Assembly (NCBI GenBank): GCA_963833225.1
Contig: CAWHXD010000005.1
Span: 134,173 to 198,172, forward strand
Length of the DNA stretch: 64,000 bases
Direction: 5' to 3'
Source of the DNA: an uncultured Chloroflexia bacterium
GTDB taxonomy: Bacteria > Chloroflexota > Limnocylindria > Limnocylindrales > CSP1-4
Shown here: positions 48,066 to 57,910 of the stretch, piece after piece
How positions within the stretch are numbered: the first letter of the stretch is position 1
How the letters are laid out: every line of letters starts with the position of its first letter
Position numbers and translations under genes: made by a program
Notes under the pieces: model-generated
Databases searched by the model: none
What the model saw: only the letters and a program-made list of their open reading frames with translations
Told to the model about the DNA's origin: nothing

Positions 48066-49101
48066 ATGGCACGGCGACAGGAAACCCGGCAGTACAGCCC
48101 GCACCGGACCACGATCGCCGAGATCGCGACGGCCGCCGGTGTTTCGGCACCCACCGTCTCCAAGGTCCTGAACGGGCGGTCCGACGTGTCGCCCGACACT
48201 CGCCAGCGCGTCGAGGCGGTCACCCTCGAGCTTGGCTACGAGCGGCGCCGTCGATCCTCCGGGCGGGCAGGGCTGCTCGAGCTGATCTTCCACGAGCTCG
48301 AGAGCGAGTGGGCGCTCGAGATCGTGATGGGTGTTGACCGGGTGGCCCGGGAGCACGGGCTTGCCGTGGTCACCACCGAGCTCCAGGGCCGTCACACCCC
48401 GGGGCGCGGCTGGATCGACGGCGTGATCGACCGGCGGTCGCTGGGGGTCATCGCGGTGTTCTCGGATCTCAGCGAGCAGATGCACGCGCAGCTCAGGGCA
48501 AGCGGCATCCCGTTCGTCGTGGTCGATCCGACGGGAGAGCCGCTGCATGACACGCCATCGGTTGGCGCCACCAACTGGAGTGGCGGCCTCGCGGCGACTC
48601 GGCACTTGCTCGGTCTCGGGCACCAGCGTGTCGGGATCATCACCGGTCCAGGTGACATTCTCTGCAGCCGCGCCCGGCTGGACGGCTATCGGGCCGCGAT
48701 GGATGCCGCCGGGATGCCGATCGACCCGGACCTCATCGCCTATGGAGACTTTCACGTCCAGTCGGGGATCGAGCACGCCCGGACCATGCTCCGGCTCGCG
48801 AATTCCGCCGACGGCCATCTTCGCCGGCAACGACCTCATGGCCCTCGGCGTCTATCAGGCCGCCCGCGCAGAACGGATGCGGATCCCGGATGACCTGAGC
48901 GTCGTGGGCTTCGATGATTTGCCGGTGGCGGGCTGGGTTGGCCCGCCCTTGACGACGATCCGGCAGCCCCTCACCGAGATGGCCGTGACCGCGGCGCGAC
49001 TCGTCCTCGGGCTCGCGCACGGCAGGGAGCCCGCGCAGAAGCGCGTCGAGCTCACCACCGCGCTCGTCCTCCGGGAAAGCACGGCGCCACCCAACCGCTG
49101 A
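48066..49101 (+). CDS. LacI family regulator (BxlR-like), frameshift near 48800
   Basis: TIAEIATAAGVSAPTVSKVLNG, ATNWSGG; PTAIFAGND, SVVGFDD, PLTTIRQP in a second frame. Confidence 0.92.
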
Positions 49102-49144
49102 GCAGGCTGTCCAGGTGGCCTGAGCTCATCGGTCCCGGTGCGGG

Positions 49145-49716
49145 ATGCTGAACCAGAACTGTCTTCCGGTCGCTTTCACGGCCCTGGCCCTTCAGTGTTT
49201 CGCGTCCGGCCACTCGGTTCCATCGACCTACGGCTGCCGCGACTCCGCTGGCCGAGGTGACTTCGACCTGGAGGTGCTCCCCGCCGGCGAGCTGCGACGC
49301 ATCGCAATCGCCCAGATTCCTGGAGCGGTGACGCTCGAGGCGGCAAGCGCCGCCGTCGCGGGCACGCTGCGACACCGCGGCGGGTTCTCCGGTCAGCTGC
49401 TGGGCCGCGACCGCATGGGCCCTACGACGCATTGAGGGTGCCCGTCATCTGGGCGCGGGCCACGGACGGCACCACGAGCGTCCTCATTGACGTTGGTGGC
49501 GATGGCCCGGAGCAGCCGGTGCCCGAACGGATCAGGCTCGGTTGGGGAGAGGCCTACCAGCGCGGGGTCCAGTGTGATGGACCGTTCGTCCTGTGGGTCA
49601 GCGAGCCCGATCGCCTGGATCCGCAGCTCGCTGCCTGGATCGCCAGGCCCTCAGGGGTAGAGCGAGAGGCTGGACGGCCATCGAATTCGTCAGCGCGGCA
49701 CCGGGATCAGACCTGA
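49145..49716 (+). pseudogene. Possible gene remnant (two short overlapping ORFs)
   Basis: ORFs 49145-49435 and 49432-49716; no recognisable family. Confidence 0.25.
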
Positions 49717-50220
49717 ACCGTCGAATAGCACCCGGAGTCCGAGCGGCGCGGTGAGGTGAATCACGAGGGGGGTACCCGTCAGGTAGCCACCGACGGTTTG
49801 AAGGCCGAATGGCAGGCCCCAGGGGTCGCGACTGAGGATGCCGTGACAGCCCGGCACGTTGAAGGTGTCGGCCATGCGGAGCGTGATGAACACGGCGACC
49901 GGCGTGGAAGTGACGACCGGCTCCGCGATCCAGCCGTCGTCGTCGGGGGCGCAGTAGGGGCGTTCGACCTCGATCACCACGTCCGCGGACGTTGGGTTGT
50001 ACCCGAAGCCCATCTTCCACGTGAGCGCCTGCTCGGACGGCAACGGCGCGACGAACAGCCGGGCGACGAGCGCGACTGCGACGACGGTGACGATCACGCT
50101 GGCGACGCGAGCGACACGCCCACGGGCCGTTCGGGTGGATGCCAGATGCCAGATCTCCCACATCGCCAAGACGACGAGGAAGGAGACCAACAGCAGGACG
50201 GGGAACACGAATGGGATCAT
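49690..50220 (-). CDS. Hypothetical membrane protein
   Basis: Two N-terminal TMs and a small extracellular domain with two Cys. Confidence 0.6.
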   Translation of the reverse strand: MIPFVFPVLLLVSFLVVLAMWEIWHLASTRTARGRVARVASVIVTVVAVALVARLFVAPLPSEQALTWKMGFGYNPTSADVVIEVERPYCAPDDDGWIAEPVVTSTPVAVFITLRMADTFNVPGCHGILSRDPWGLPFGLQTVGGYLTGTPLVIHLTAPLGLRVLFDGSGLIPVPR

Positions 50221-50425
50221 CGGCCCGTCTCCGCGAGGATGGTCTGGGGTGGGACGAGTGGGGTGTCCGGACAAGCGGGTCTGGCCATGAGTTGACGGTG
50301 GACCGCGCACTGCCGTCCTGCAATGGCCCCGTGGTCCTGCCAGCGGCGGAGCGTCTCTCCGCGCCGTGGTCGAAGGTAGTGGCCGGCACGTTCCTGCGCG
50401 AAGTCGGACATACGCGGAGTCGGCC

Positions 50426-52819
50426 TTACCGCAGGAAATCGATGCCGAACACCGCACCATCGGAGTTGTCGATCAGAAGAAGCGCACCGAATGCGCCTGA
50501 CACCCCCTCGAACGTCGGATCAAGACCACCGAATGCGCCTGACACCTCCTCCGACGAACCATCGCCACCGTCCACCCAGGCCATGATTCCCTCGAGCGTC
50601 GAGCCCGTCACCCCGATCCGTGACAGAAAGTCCCGTACCGGTGCGGTGTCCGATTGTCCACCGAAGCTCAGCTCCAACCTGTACTTGCTTCCTCCCGGCT
50701 GGTCGGTCTCGATCGCGCTGATCGACGCGCTCTCCACGGCAAGCGGGCCTGTGCAGTCAATCCTGGTATCCGAGTAACCCACGCCGCACGAGCTCCAGCC
50801 CACTCTATTGAGAGTGTCAATGACCATCGTGGCGATCGCACGCTGCGACGTCACCCCAATTGCCAGCGACGGCGGCATGATGTGGTTGGGGCGCGCGACG
50901 CTGCTGAGGCATTCTTCCGGAGGGAAGTCAGGGATCTCCGAGCCGCGCCGCGGCCACTCTGGGTCGGCCAGGTAGTAGTCCGCCACAAAGGGGTCGATCC
51001 AGGTGTTGTCGCACGTGGCGATCGTCGCGAACTCGGACGGCGTGGCGTAGCGCTCTGACCTCGCGTCAGGCCAGCCGCCCATGGGCGCGGCTGCAATGAC
51101 TTGCAGCGGACCCACCAGGGCGCACCAGGCAATCGTCTCGTTGGAGTCTCTGGCGCACGACCACGCTTGGCCGGAGCCAGTGTCGGTTACTGGGTACCGG
51201 AACCGTTCGTCCGGAATGGACGCGAGGACCGCCTCGATGGAGTCGCCAACTGGTTCGTTGCTCCCACCCGAGGAACTAGACGGGGGATCGGATGTAGGCA
51301 CCGCAGCTGAGGTCGCAGTCGGGCCCGGTGTCGCGGTCGGCGACGGGGTGGGCGTCGGCGCATGGCCTGAAGCCTGCGCGAGGCGCACCCGCGCGAGTTC
51401 GACCGAGGCGAGCGGGTAGTCCTCGTTGAAGACGAACGGGATGTCGATCTCGACCCCACCCGACAACGCGACGCCGCCGTCGAGGGTCCACCACGGATCG
51501 GCGTGGACATCGGCCCCAAAGGCGAGGAACCCCGGGGTGGTCTCGATCCAGGGTCCTGCGAGACCATAGAGCTTGGCGCCGACGCGGATCGTCGGATCGA
51601 ACCGGGCGCTCGCCGATGCCTGGATGTCAACTGACCCCCGCGGCGTGAAGGTGTTCACGCTGACCGGCGACCAGGCGCCGTTCTCGTAGTGGACACCGAG
51701 GCGTGCGTGCTGCGCGAAGCCGGCGCTGACGGTGATCTTCCCGTGGGCCGACGCTGTGAGCGACGCCCCGATTTCCACCTGCGGGACGAAGCAGGCGATC
51801 GAGACACAGACCGGCGAGAAGGTCCTGCTCAGGAGCTCGATGTCGTCGCCGATCTCGGCCGAAGCCGTCGCCACGATCGTCGCGTCCCCAGAGAAGTCCT
51901 CCCGAAACACGGTCTCGAACAGCTTCACCGACATCCACTCGGTCTCGAGGGACATGTCGACGCTCGCGGACATCTTGATCGTCCCCGACGTGGTGATGCT
52001 GCCGGAGGCCGGGCCTCTCGAGCCTGCCCAGGTGTGCGACAGCGACTGATCGAACGAGAAGACACCAGCTGAGATCGAGTCCTTGGCAACTGCCGACGCT
52101 GGCCCGACTCGGGTCGCGCTGACCGGCACCCGCTCGCCGAGCTCGATCGGAGCGATGACCCGGATCGAGGCGCTCGCGAATGCTTCCGTGAGGGCGACCC
52201 GCTCGGTGGTGAGCCGGACCGGGTCAGCCCCGGCGTCGATGGCAACGACCCGAACCAGTAGCGGCTTCGGGCGACCCGATGCCGGGGTGCTCGCGAGGAT
52301 GTCGCCGACGGCGAGCCGTCCGAGGATCGGCGCGCCCGCGCGAATGGACACGCTCGTCTCGTCGGGCGATACGTCCGCGATGTCACTGCCCTCGCCCGGC
52401 CCGAACAGCCGGACATCGTCGGCGAGCTGCACGAAGCTCGCGGCGATCGCAGTGTCGCCAGTGACCGTCACGACGTAGTGGTACGTCGCGCCGTCCTGGC
52501 TGACAGGCTCGAGGGTGGTGGCACCGTTGAGCACGACCGGGCTGAGCCCGGCGCGCTGGACCGTCACGGTGAAGGACAGGGTCGATCCCGGAGCCGCGTG
52601 GACGATGCCGGACGGGCTGATGGTCCCTGCCGGCGCTGCGACAAGCTCGATCATCGATCCGGGGGGCCGGTTGAGCACCAAGAGGCCCGTGGACACGAGG
52701 AGCGTGGCCACGGCGAGCGCCGCGGCAATCCGGCGCGTCCGGGTCGCGAGCGCAGCGGCCATGCGGGACCGGATCGTCACGGGGAAGGTCACGGGGATCA
52801 CCTCGAAATCGCTGGCCAC
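50426..52819 (-). CDS. Large membrane-anchored/secreted beta-rich protein
   Basis: N-terminal TM; GTISPSG..V..G....FTV bacterial-repeat-like domain; beta-rich middle; PT linker; Cys-containing C-domain. Confidence 0.7.
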   Translation of the reverse strand: MASDFEVIPVTFPVTIRSRMAAALATRTRRIAAALAVATLLVSTGLLVLNRPPGSMIELVAAPAGTISPSGIVHAAPGSTLSFTVTVQRAGLSPVVLNGATTLEPVSQDGATYHYVVTVTGDTAIAASFVQLADDVRLFGPGEGSDIADVSPDETSVSIRAGAPILGRLAVGDILASTPASGRPKPLLVRVVAIDAGADPVRLTTERVALTEAFASASIRVIAPIELGERVPVSATRVGPASAVAKDSISAGVFSFDQSLSHTWAGSRGPASGSITTSGTIKMSASVDMSLETEWMSVKLFETVFREDFSGDATIVATASAEIGDDIELLSRTFSPVCVSIACFVPQVEIGASLTASAHGKITVSAGFAQHARLGVHYENGAWSPVSVNTFTPRGSVDIQASASARFDPTIRVGAKLYGLAGPWIETTPGFLAFGADVHADPWWTLDGGVALSGGVEIDIPFVFNEDYPLASVELARVRLAQASGHAPTPTPSPTATPGPTATSAAVPTSDPPSSSSGGSNEPVGDSIEAVLASIPDERFRYPVTDTGSGQAWSCARDSNETIAWCALVGPLQVIAAAPMGGWPDARSERYATPSEFATIATCDNTWIDPFVADYYLADPEWPRRGSEIPDFPPEECLSSVARPNHIMPPSLAIGVTSQRAIATMVIDTLNRVGWSSCGVGYSDTRIDCTGPLAVESASISAIETDQPGGSKYRLELSFGGQSDTAPVRDFLSRIGVTGSTLEGIMAWVDGGDGSSEEVSGAFGGLDPTFEGVSGAFGALLLIDNSDGAVFGIDFLR

Positions 52820-53109
52820 GCAGAGCGGGGTCGCCGACGGCGATCATGGGCGCGACATGATCGGCATGAAACGCCACGGAAGTACCGGTCGATGGCCACG
52901 AGTGGCTGTTCGAACACGATCGTCTGCGGTCCATGCGCCGTCGCTCACAGCTGGCGAAGACACAAGTCGCGGCGATTCGTGGTGGGGTCGCGGGACTTCA
53001 CGCCGGCATCTCTAGGATCTCGCCGCCCCACCTGAGGCCTATGGACCGAAAATGATCTCAGCCCTCTTGGACCGCAGAACTGCGCCCTGGCGCGACCCGC
53101 AGGTCCCGA

Positions 53110-54108
53110 TCACGAGCCCATCCACGCCGCGGGACCGGTCCACGAGCACGTGACGCTGACGGGATCGCTGTGCCAGACGCCGAGGTGGACGTACGACGCC
53201 GTGAACACCATCGGCCCCGGGTTCGGCGGCGATTCCTTTCCCCGGCGAACCTGGAGCTCGATCCGGCCGGGCTGCATTCCCTGCTCGCCCAGCTCGATAC
53301 CCCAGCCCCACGATCCCGCCGATGCCTTGGCGATCTGCGTCGCCATGTCGATGCTCGGATAGTCCCGGCGGCCCGGGTAGATGCCACGGCCAGTTGGCGG
53401 CGTCGTGCCGAGGTAGTAGAGCTGCCGCCCGTCGGCGTCGGTCCCGGTCCAGCCGATGACCACGATGTCGAGCCCGCTTGGCAGCGGACTCGTCCGCGCC
53501 CACGACCAGTCATAGGTCACGATGATCGATGACGGCGGACCGGCGTCCGCCGCGCCGCAGTCGGCGTTGATGGAGCCGCGGAGATCGGACTGGCCGGCGT
53601 CCAGCAGGCCGCCCCAGCCGAACACCAGCTGCCTTCCCACCATCGACCCGATCAGCAGGAGGGTGCACGCGACCAGGAGCATGCCCCGACGACCCGCATG
53701 CGCCGTCAGCGTGACGTCCCGAGCGCCAAGCAGGACCCAGACCGCGAGCACCGCCTCGAACGGCAGCCGGATCACTCCCGCCTGAGCGCTGACCAGCATC
53801 GCCCCAACACCGGCCGCGATCAGCATCACGAGCAGCGGACGGACGATGGCGACCGCCCACGGCCGTCGCCGGTCGAGCGCCCGGGCCACGACCACCTCGA
53901 CCGCGGCCAGCGCGCCTGCAGCGAAGTTGAAGGTGAGCGACATGAGCAGGGATTGCGGCAGTGGCGTCGGGACCAGCGCCAGCACCAGCCCGGCGACGTT
54001 GATGACCGCCAGGACCTTGAGCGCGATCGAGGCGCGAGACTCCAGCGACCCAGGCCGAAGCGGCTGGTTCTCAAGTGGCCCGAGGTCGAAGGTGGCGCGC
54101 GTCGTCAT
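53110..54108 (-). CDS. Hypothetical membrane protein (5 TM plus extracellular domain)
   Basis: Hydrophobic N-terminal half; C-terminal beta-rich domain flanked by two Cys. Confidence 0.65.
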   Translation of the reverse strand: MTTRATFDLGPLENQPLRPGSLESRASIALKVLAVINVAGLVLALVPTPLPQSLLMSLTFNFAAGALAAVEVVVARALDRRRPWAVAIVRPLLVMLIAAGVGAMLVSAQAGVIRLPFEAVLAVWVLLGARDVTLTAHAGRRGMLLVACTLLLIGSMVGRQLVFGWGGLLDAGQSDLRGSINADCGAADAGPPSSIIVTYDWSWARTSPLPSGLDIVVIGWTGTDADGRQLYYLGTTPPTGRGIYPGRRDYPSIDMATQIAKASAGSWGWGIELGEQGMQPGRIELQVRRGKESPPNPGPMVFTASYVHLGVWHSDPVSVTCSWTGPAAWMGS

Positions 54109-54271
54109 CCCGACCCTACGTTACGCCGTGGCAGCCCTCCGAGAGGCGCGTTGGGCACGCCGCCTCGCAAGTGGGCCGCGCCGTCTCTCCGCCGGCTGGG
54201 TCGCCGGCTCCGCCGTAGGGTCAGCCACCGAGCGGCTTGCCCAACCGCACCTGGCGACACGGACCAATTGA

Positions 54272-55165
54272 CTACTCGCGAGTGGGCGCGCGCAGCCAGT
54301 CGACGAGGCGGACGATCCACCGATCGAAGGTCATCGCGAACTCATCCCCCGCCGCTTCCAGATACGGCATCGGCATGTGTTCGGCCGACAGCCGATCGGC
54401 AAGCAGCACGATGAGCCGGCGGGCCTCGATGGCGCGCACGGTCGTGGACATCTGGTCGCGCTCCGAGAATCGGAGCACCTCGAGGGCCACGGCGAATTGC
54501 GCGACCCAATCCGCCTGCGGCACCGGTGGTCGGAGGCCCGGCAGAATTGGCACCTTCGGGGGCAGGGCGAACCGCCGCTCGTTTGCCACGGGTCGTGCCG
54601 TCACGAGTCCGGCCAGCAGGAGCGCATCGAGAGCGGAGGCGATGCTCGGCTTCGTGAAGCGCGTCTGGCGGGCGAGATCGGCGGCGTTGAGGTCGCCGGG
54701 CGACGATGCCAGGAGCGCGGCGAGGATATCCGCTCTCGCATTGACTCCAAATGCCGCACGAAGCCGGATGCGCAGACGCGGCCGGGATTCCGCAGCATCG
54801 AGCCGCGCCTTCTCCCGCCGGACGTAGTGGGGCCGCGGTTGCGTCGCCATCGGCCATCCCGGACCCCCTGCCGCGGCGATGGTGGCGACGTATTCGCCGA
54901 TGGCGTTACGCGGGGTGCCGAGCTCGCGCACCACCTGCTTGAGGCGGGAGCCGTTGACGTACCGGCCATACGCGACGCACCAGTCCGTGCTGAGATCGAG
55001 GAGTCGAGCGTCGGCGTCACCGAGCTCTGCCGTGAGAGCGATCAGGGCCTCGGGGTCGATGACGGTATCGTCACGTTCGACCGTGGCGTCGACGCCGAGC
55101 GCCGCCCATTGGATCCACGCCCGGTTGAGGAGTGCACCCTGGAGCGGGCTAGCCAAGGGATGCAT
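54272..55165 (-). CDS. Uncharacterised protein with C-proximal winged HTH, partner of the nucleotidyltransferase
   Basis: GGAGG RBS, ATG 55165, 17-nt overlap with the upstream gene; ARADILAALL...AADLARQTRFTKPSIASALDALLLAGLV wHTH. Confidence 0.75.
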   Translation of the reverse strand: MHPLASPLQGALLNRAWIQWAALGVDATVERDDTVIDPEALIALTAELGDADARLLDLSTDWCVAYGRYVNGSRLKQVVRELGTPRNAIGEYVATIAAAGGPGWPMATQPRPHYVRREKARLDAAESRPRLRIRLRAAFGVNARADILAALLASSPGDLNAADLARQTRFTKPSIASALDALLLAGLVTARPVANERRFALPPKVPILPGLRPPVPQADWVAQFAVALEVLRFSERDQMSTTVRAIEARRLIVLLADRLSAEHMPMPYLEAAGDEFAMTFDRWIVRLVDWLRAPTRE

Positions 55166-55739
55166 CGGCATCCTCCATCTCGAGCGCCCGAAGCGTCTCG
55201 ACAAGCAGGCTCCGGAAGCCGGGCGAAGGATCGTGGCTCGTCGCCCAGCGGGCGGCCGCGAGGAGGTCGTCGCGTCCGGGTCCGAGATCGCGGAGATCTT
55301 GGAAGTGCCGGCTTCGCAGGCCCTGATCCACTGCGGCGTAGAGCTTGAAGCACACCATGTCGAACCGGCCCGCCAGCCACGCGACGAGCCCGTGATAATC
55401 CCTGCGTTCGAGCCGCTCGACGAACCGGTCCGGGAGGCCCAGATCGAGGAGCGAGTCTGGGCCGGTATTGAGCCAGTCGTCAGAGAGTCCGAAGGCGCGC
55501 CCGACATCGACGACAGCGTCGTGGAGGGGCTCCGGCATCGGGCGAAGCGGTGCGACGCCGTCCGGCGTCCTCGCGCCCAGGATGTCGAGATCCTTTGTGG
55601 TCGGGCGCGAGATGAGCCCGCGCAGGATGAGGTTGCCACCACCGACGAGGACGACCTCGTAGTGCAGCCCACGGGCCGCCAGCAGCTCGCCGAGGGCGGT
55701 TAGTGCTGTCTCCAACTGTGTCCGCCCGATCGTGTCCAT
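55149..55739 (-). CDS. DUF6036 / AbiEii-like nucleotidyltransferase
   Basis: VLVGGGNL...RPTTKDLD (GG..R.T.D.D), GL..DWLN, KLYAAVD...RHFQDL. Confidence 0.82.
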   Translation of the reverse strand: MDTIGRTQLETALTALGELLAARGLHYEVVLVGGGNLILRGLISRPTTKDLDILGARTPDGVAPLRPMPEPLHDAVVDVGRAFGLSDDWLNTGPDSLLDLGLPDRFVERLERRDYHGLVAWLAGRFDMVCFKLYAAVDQGLRSRHFQDLRDLGPGRDDLLAAARWATSHDPSPGFRSLLVETLRALEMEDADASLG

Positions 55740-55745
55740 GACCGA

Positions 55746-55785
55746 ACGATAGGGCGCATGCGAGTAAGAGTCAACCTATTGACTC
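55746..55785 (-). promoter_or_regulatory. Leaderless sigma70 promoter with a perfect palindrome over the -35
   Basis: Minus strand GAGTCAA-TAGG-TTGACTC (55785-55768); TTGACT, 17 nt, TATCGT, 6 nt, ATG. Confidence 0.8.
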
Positions 55786-56031
55786 GATAGGCTGAGCCTT
55801 ACCGACTGTCGCAGAGCGAAGGCCCTGCTACGTTCGAGATAGCAGGTCGCCGAGGCGCCGGCCACGCACCTGGCCGAGTCCTGGCAGCTCAAGATCCGGC
55901 ACACGGGATCTCGACGAGGTCGTCCAGTTGGCAGGTCTTCGCCAGCTAGCGGGTCCTGGAGCACGATCCGGTGCCAGCGAGGACCGTGCTGTCAGCGGAC
56001 AGCAGGTCTTCCTGAACGGGGAAGAGGGGAA

Positions 56032-56106
56032 TGGAGCCGACACTCGGATTTGAACCGAGGACCTGCTGTTTACGAAACAGCTGCTCTACCGCTGAGCTAT
56101 GTCGGC
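56032..56106 (-). tRNA. tRNA-Thr (anticodon CGT)
   Basis: GCCGACA-TA-GCTC-AGCGGTA-GAGC-A-GCTGT-TTCGTAA-ACAGC-AGGTC-CTCGG-TTCAAAT-CCGAG-TGTCGGC-T-CCA; TATACT -10 just upstream. Confidence 0.98.
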
Positions 56107-56386
56107 GCGGAGGGAAGTATAGGTGATGATCGGACCGATGCCGGTTGCCACGCGCCCAACGCCCCCGTGTTGCCTGAGAGCCAGCGATCTCGCCGCCCGG
56201 CGCGTTCGACCGCGGATGCCGGTGCCTCCGGGGCAGCATCGCCGCCCCCGGGTGGGTTTGCGAGGTCTGTGAGCCAACAGCTTCGACGCGGAAGCCCCCG
56301 CGCGATCCCCGGACGGCGAAGTCGTTGCCCGCCGGGCAACGCCGCCCGACAGTCAACGGCGGCCGCTGGGCGACGCCGCCCGACAG

Positions 56387-56782
56387 TCAGCGACGGCCGC
56401 GCCCAAGCAAGCGTCGCAGGCCCGCGCCGATGTATGCGGCGACGAGCGCCGGTCCCGCCAGCACGAGCAGCGACGCGGGACCCAGCACACCGGCCGCCAG
56501 GTGCGCCCCAGTTGCCTCGGGAACTCCGGCCACCCACATGGCCAGGTGGACACACGCGAGGACGGACCCAAGGAGGAACCCCGGCACCCAGGGCCGCCGC
56601 GGAGCCATGGCACCCAGCCCGGCTGCGGCGACCAGGATCGCGCCGAGCGTCACCTGGCCGGCATCGTCCGACACGGACCGGTCCAGCATCGCGATCACCA
56701 CCATCGCCACGACGGTCGCGATGGCGAGCGGCACGCGAGTCAACACGGGCCCTCCGGTCATCCGGATGCCAACGGACGCCAC
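56387..56782 (-). CDS. Small 4-TM membrane protein
   Basis: Four hydrophobic segments; 3 nt downstream of iolG. Confidence 0.6.
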   Translation of the reverse strand: MASVGIRMTGGPVLTRVPLAIATVVAMVVIAMLDRSVSDDAGQVTLGAILVAAAGLGAMAPRRPWVPGFLLGSVLACVHLAMWVAGVPEATGAHLAAGVLGPASLLVLAGPALVAAYIGAGLRRLLGRGRR

Positions 56783-56785
56783 GCG

Positions 56786-57784
56786 TCAGCCGCCGGTCAC
56801 GGCCACGACCTTGCCGGTGGCGACGCTCTCGATGGCGGCCTCGGCGAGCACCAGCGCTGCCCGGCCGTCGGCAAATCCCACCGCCGGCTCGCGGTCCTCC
56901 CGGATCGCCGCCACGAACTCGGCGAACTCGGCCTTGTACGCGGGCATGTAGCGCTCGAGGAAGAAGTTGAGCACCGGACCAGCCGCCCCGGTCTGGGTGG
57001 CGGACGACGCCCGGACGGTGGTCGCGGTCATGTTGCCGGCCTCGAGCGAGCCCGCATCGCCGAACGCCTCCAGGCGCTGGTCATACCCGTAGGCGCAGGT
57101 GCGGCTGTTGACGATGGTGGCGAGGACGTTGTCGCGGCTGCGCAGGGTGAGGATCGCCTGCGCGTGGTCACCGGCCTCGATGAACACCGGGTCGTTGTTG
57201 TGGGACGCCACCGCGGACACCTCGACCACCTCGCCCAGGAAGAAGCGGGTCATGTCGAAGTCGTGGATGGTCATGTCGCGGAACATGCCGCCCGACACCC
57301 CGAGATAGGCAGCGGGCGGGGGCTGCGGGTCGCGGGACGTGACGCGCAGCGCACGCAGCGGGCCGATGTCCCCGGCGGTCACGCGCGCCCTGATCTCCGC
57401 GAAGGTCGGGTCGAACCGCCGGTTGAAGCCCAGCATCACGAATGGGGCCTTGTCGGCGATGGCGGCCCAGGTGGCGTCGATACGGGCCAGGTCGAGATCG
57501 ATCGGCTTCTCGCACAGCACCTTCTTGCCCGCGAGCACGGCCTCGCGCAGGAGATCGGTGTGGGTCGCGGTGGCGGACGCGATCAGGACGGCATCCACCG
57601 ACGGATCAGTGATGGCGTCACCGGGCTCCGGGCTGGCCTTGGCTCCGTACCGCCCGGCAAGGGTCGTGGCCGCCGTCGCGACGGGATCGCAGACCCAGGC
57701 GAGCTCGGCCGCGCCGCTCTCGACGATGGAACGGGCGTGGACCTGGCCGATCCGGCCGGCACCCAGCAGGGCTACGCGGAGCAT
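56786..57784 (-). CDS. iolG: Inositol 2-dehydrogenase
   Basis: LLGAGRIG.VH, CEKPID, GFNRRFDP, TSRDP, FRDMTIHDFD, YGYDQRLE, FFLERY. Confidence 0.88.
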   Translation of the reverse strand: MLRVALLGAGRIGQVHARSIVESGAAELAWVCDPVATAATTLAGRYGAKASPEPGDAITDPSVDAVLIASATATHTDLLREAVLAGKKVLCEKPIDLDLARIDATWAAIADKAPFVMLGFNRRFDPTFAEIRARVTAGDIGPLRALRVTSRDPQPPPAAYLGVSGGMFRDMTIHDFDMTRFFLGEVVEVSAVASHNNDPVFIEAGDHAQAILTLRSRDNVLATIVNSRTCAYGYDQRLEAFGDAGSLEAGNMTATTVRASSATQTGAAGPVLNFFLERYMPAYKAEFAEFVAAIREDREPAVGFADGRAALVLAEAAIESVATGKVVAVTGG

Positions 57785-57910
57785 GTGGTTGCCTCCAGCG
57801 GTGATGGTGGACGGCAGGGCTCCGGTTCGCGATGGGCGCAGGCCACCCATGAGGATGCCGCTCCGACCCTGGTTCACGATCATCGTAGACGCCGTCGGCG
57901 ATCGCCGTGG

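Noticed and set aside
42231-49101. LacI/ABC/GH3/GH51 cluster as a novel system
   Set aside because: Closely matches the known Streptomyces bxl-type xylo-oligosaccharide/arabinoxylan utilisation locus.
55790-56030. Recurrent GCAGGTC words and short ORFs between the tRNA and the NTase as att sites or small genes
   Set aside because: Only 7-10 nt matches at irregular spacing; no tRNA 3'-end duplication; the ORFs lack RBS and coding bias.
56337-56400. Direct repeat GCCGCCCGACAGTCA (two copies)
   Set aside because: Local duplication around a stop codon; two copies only, no evident function.
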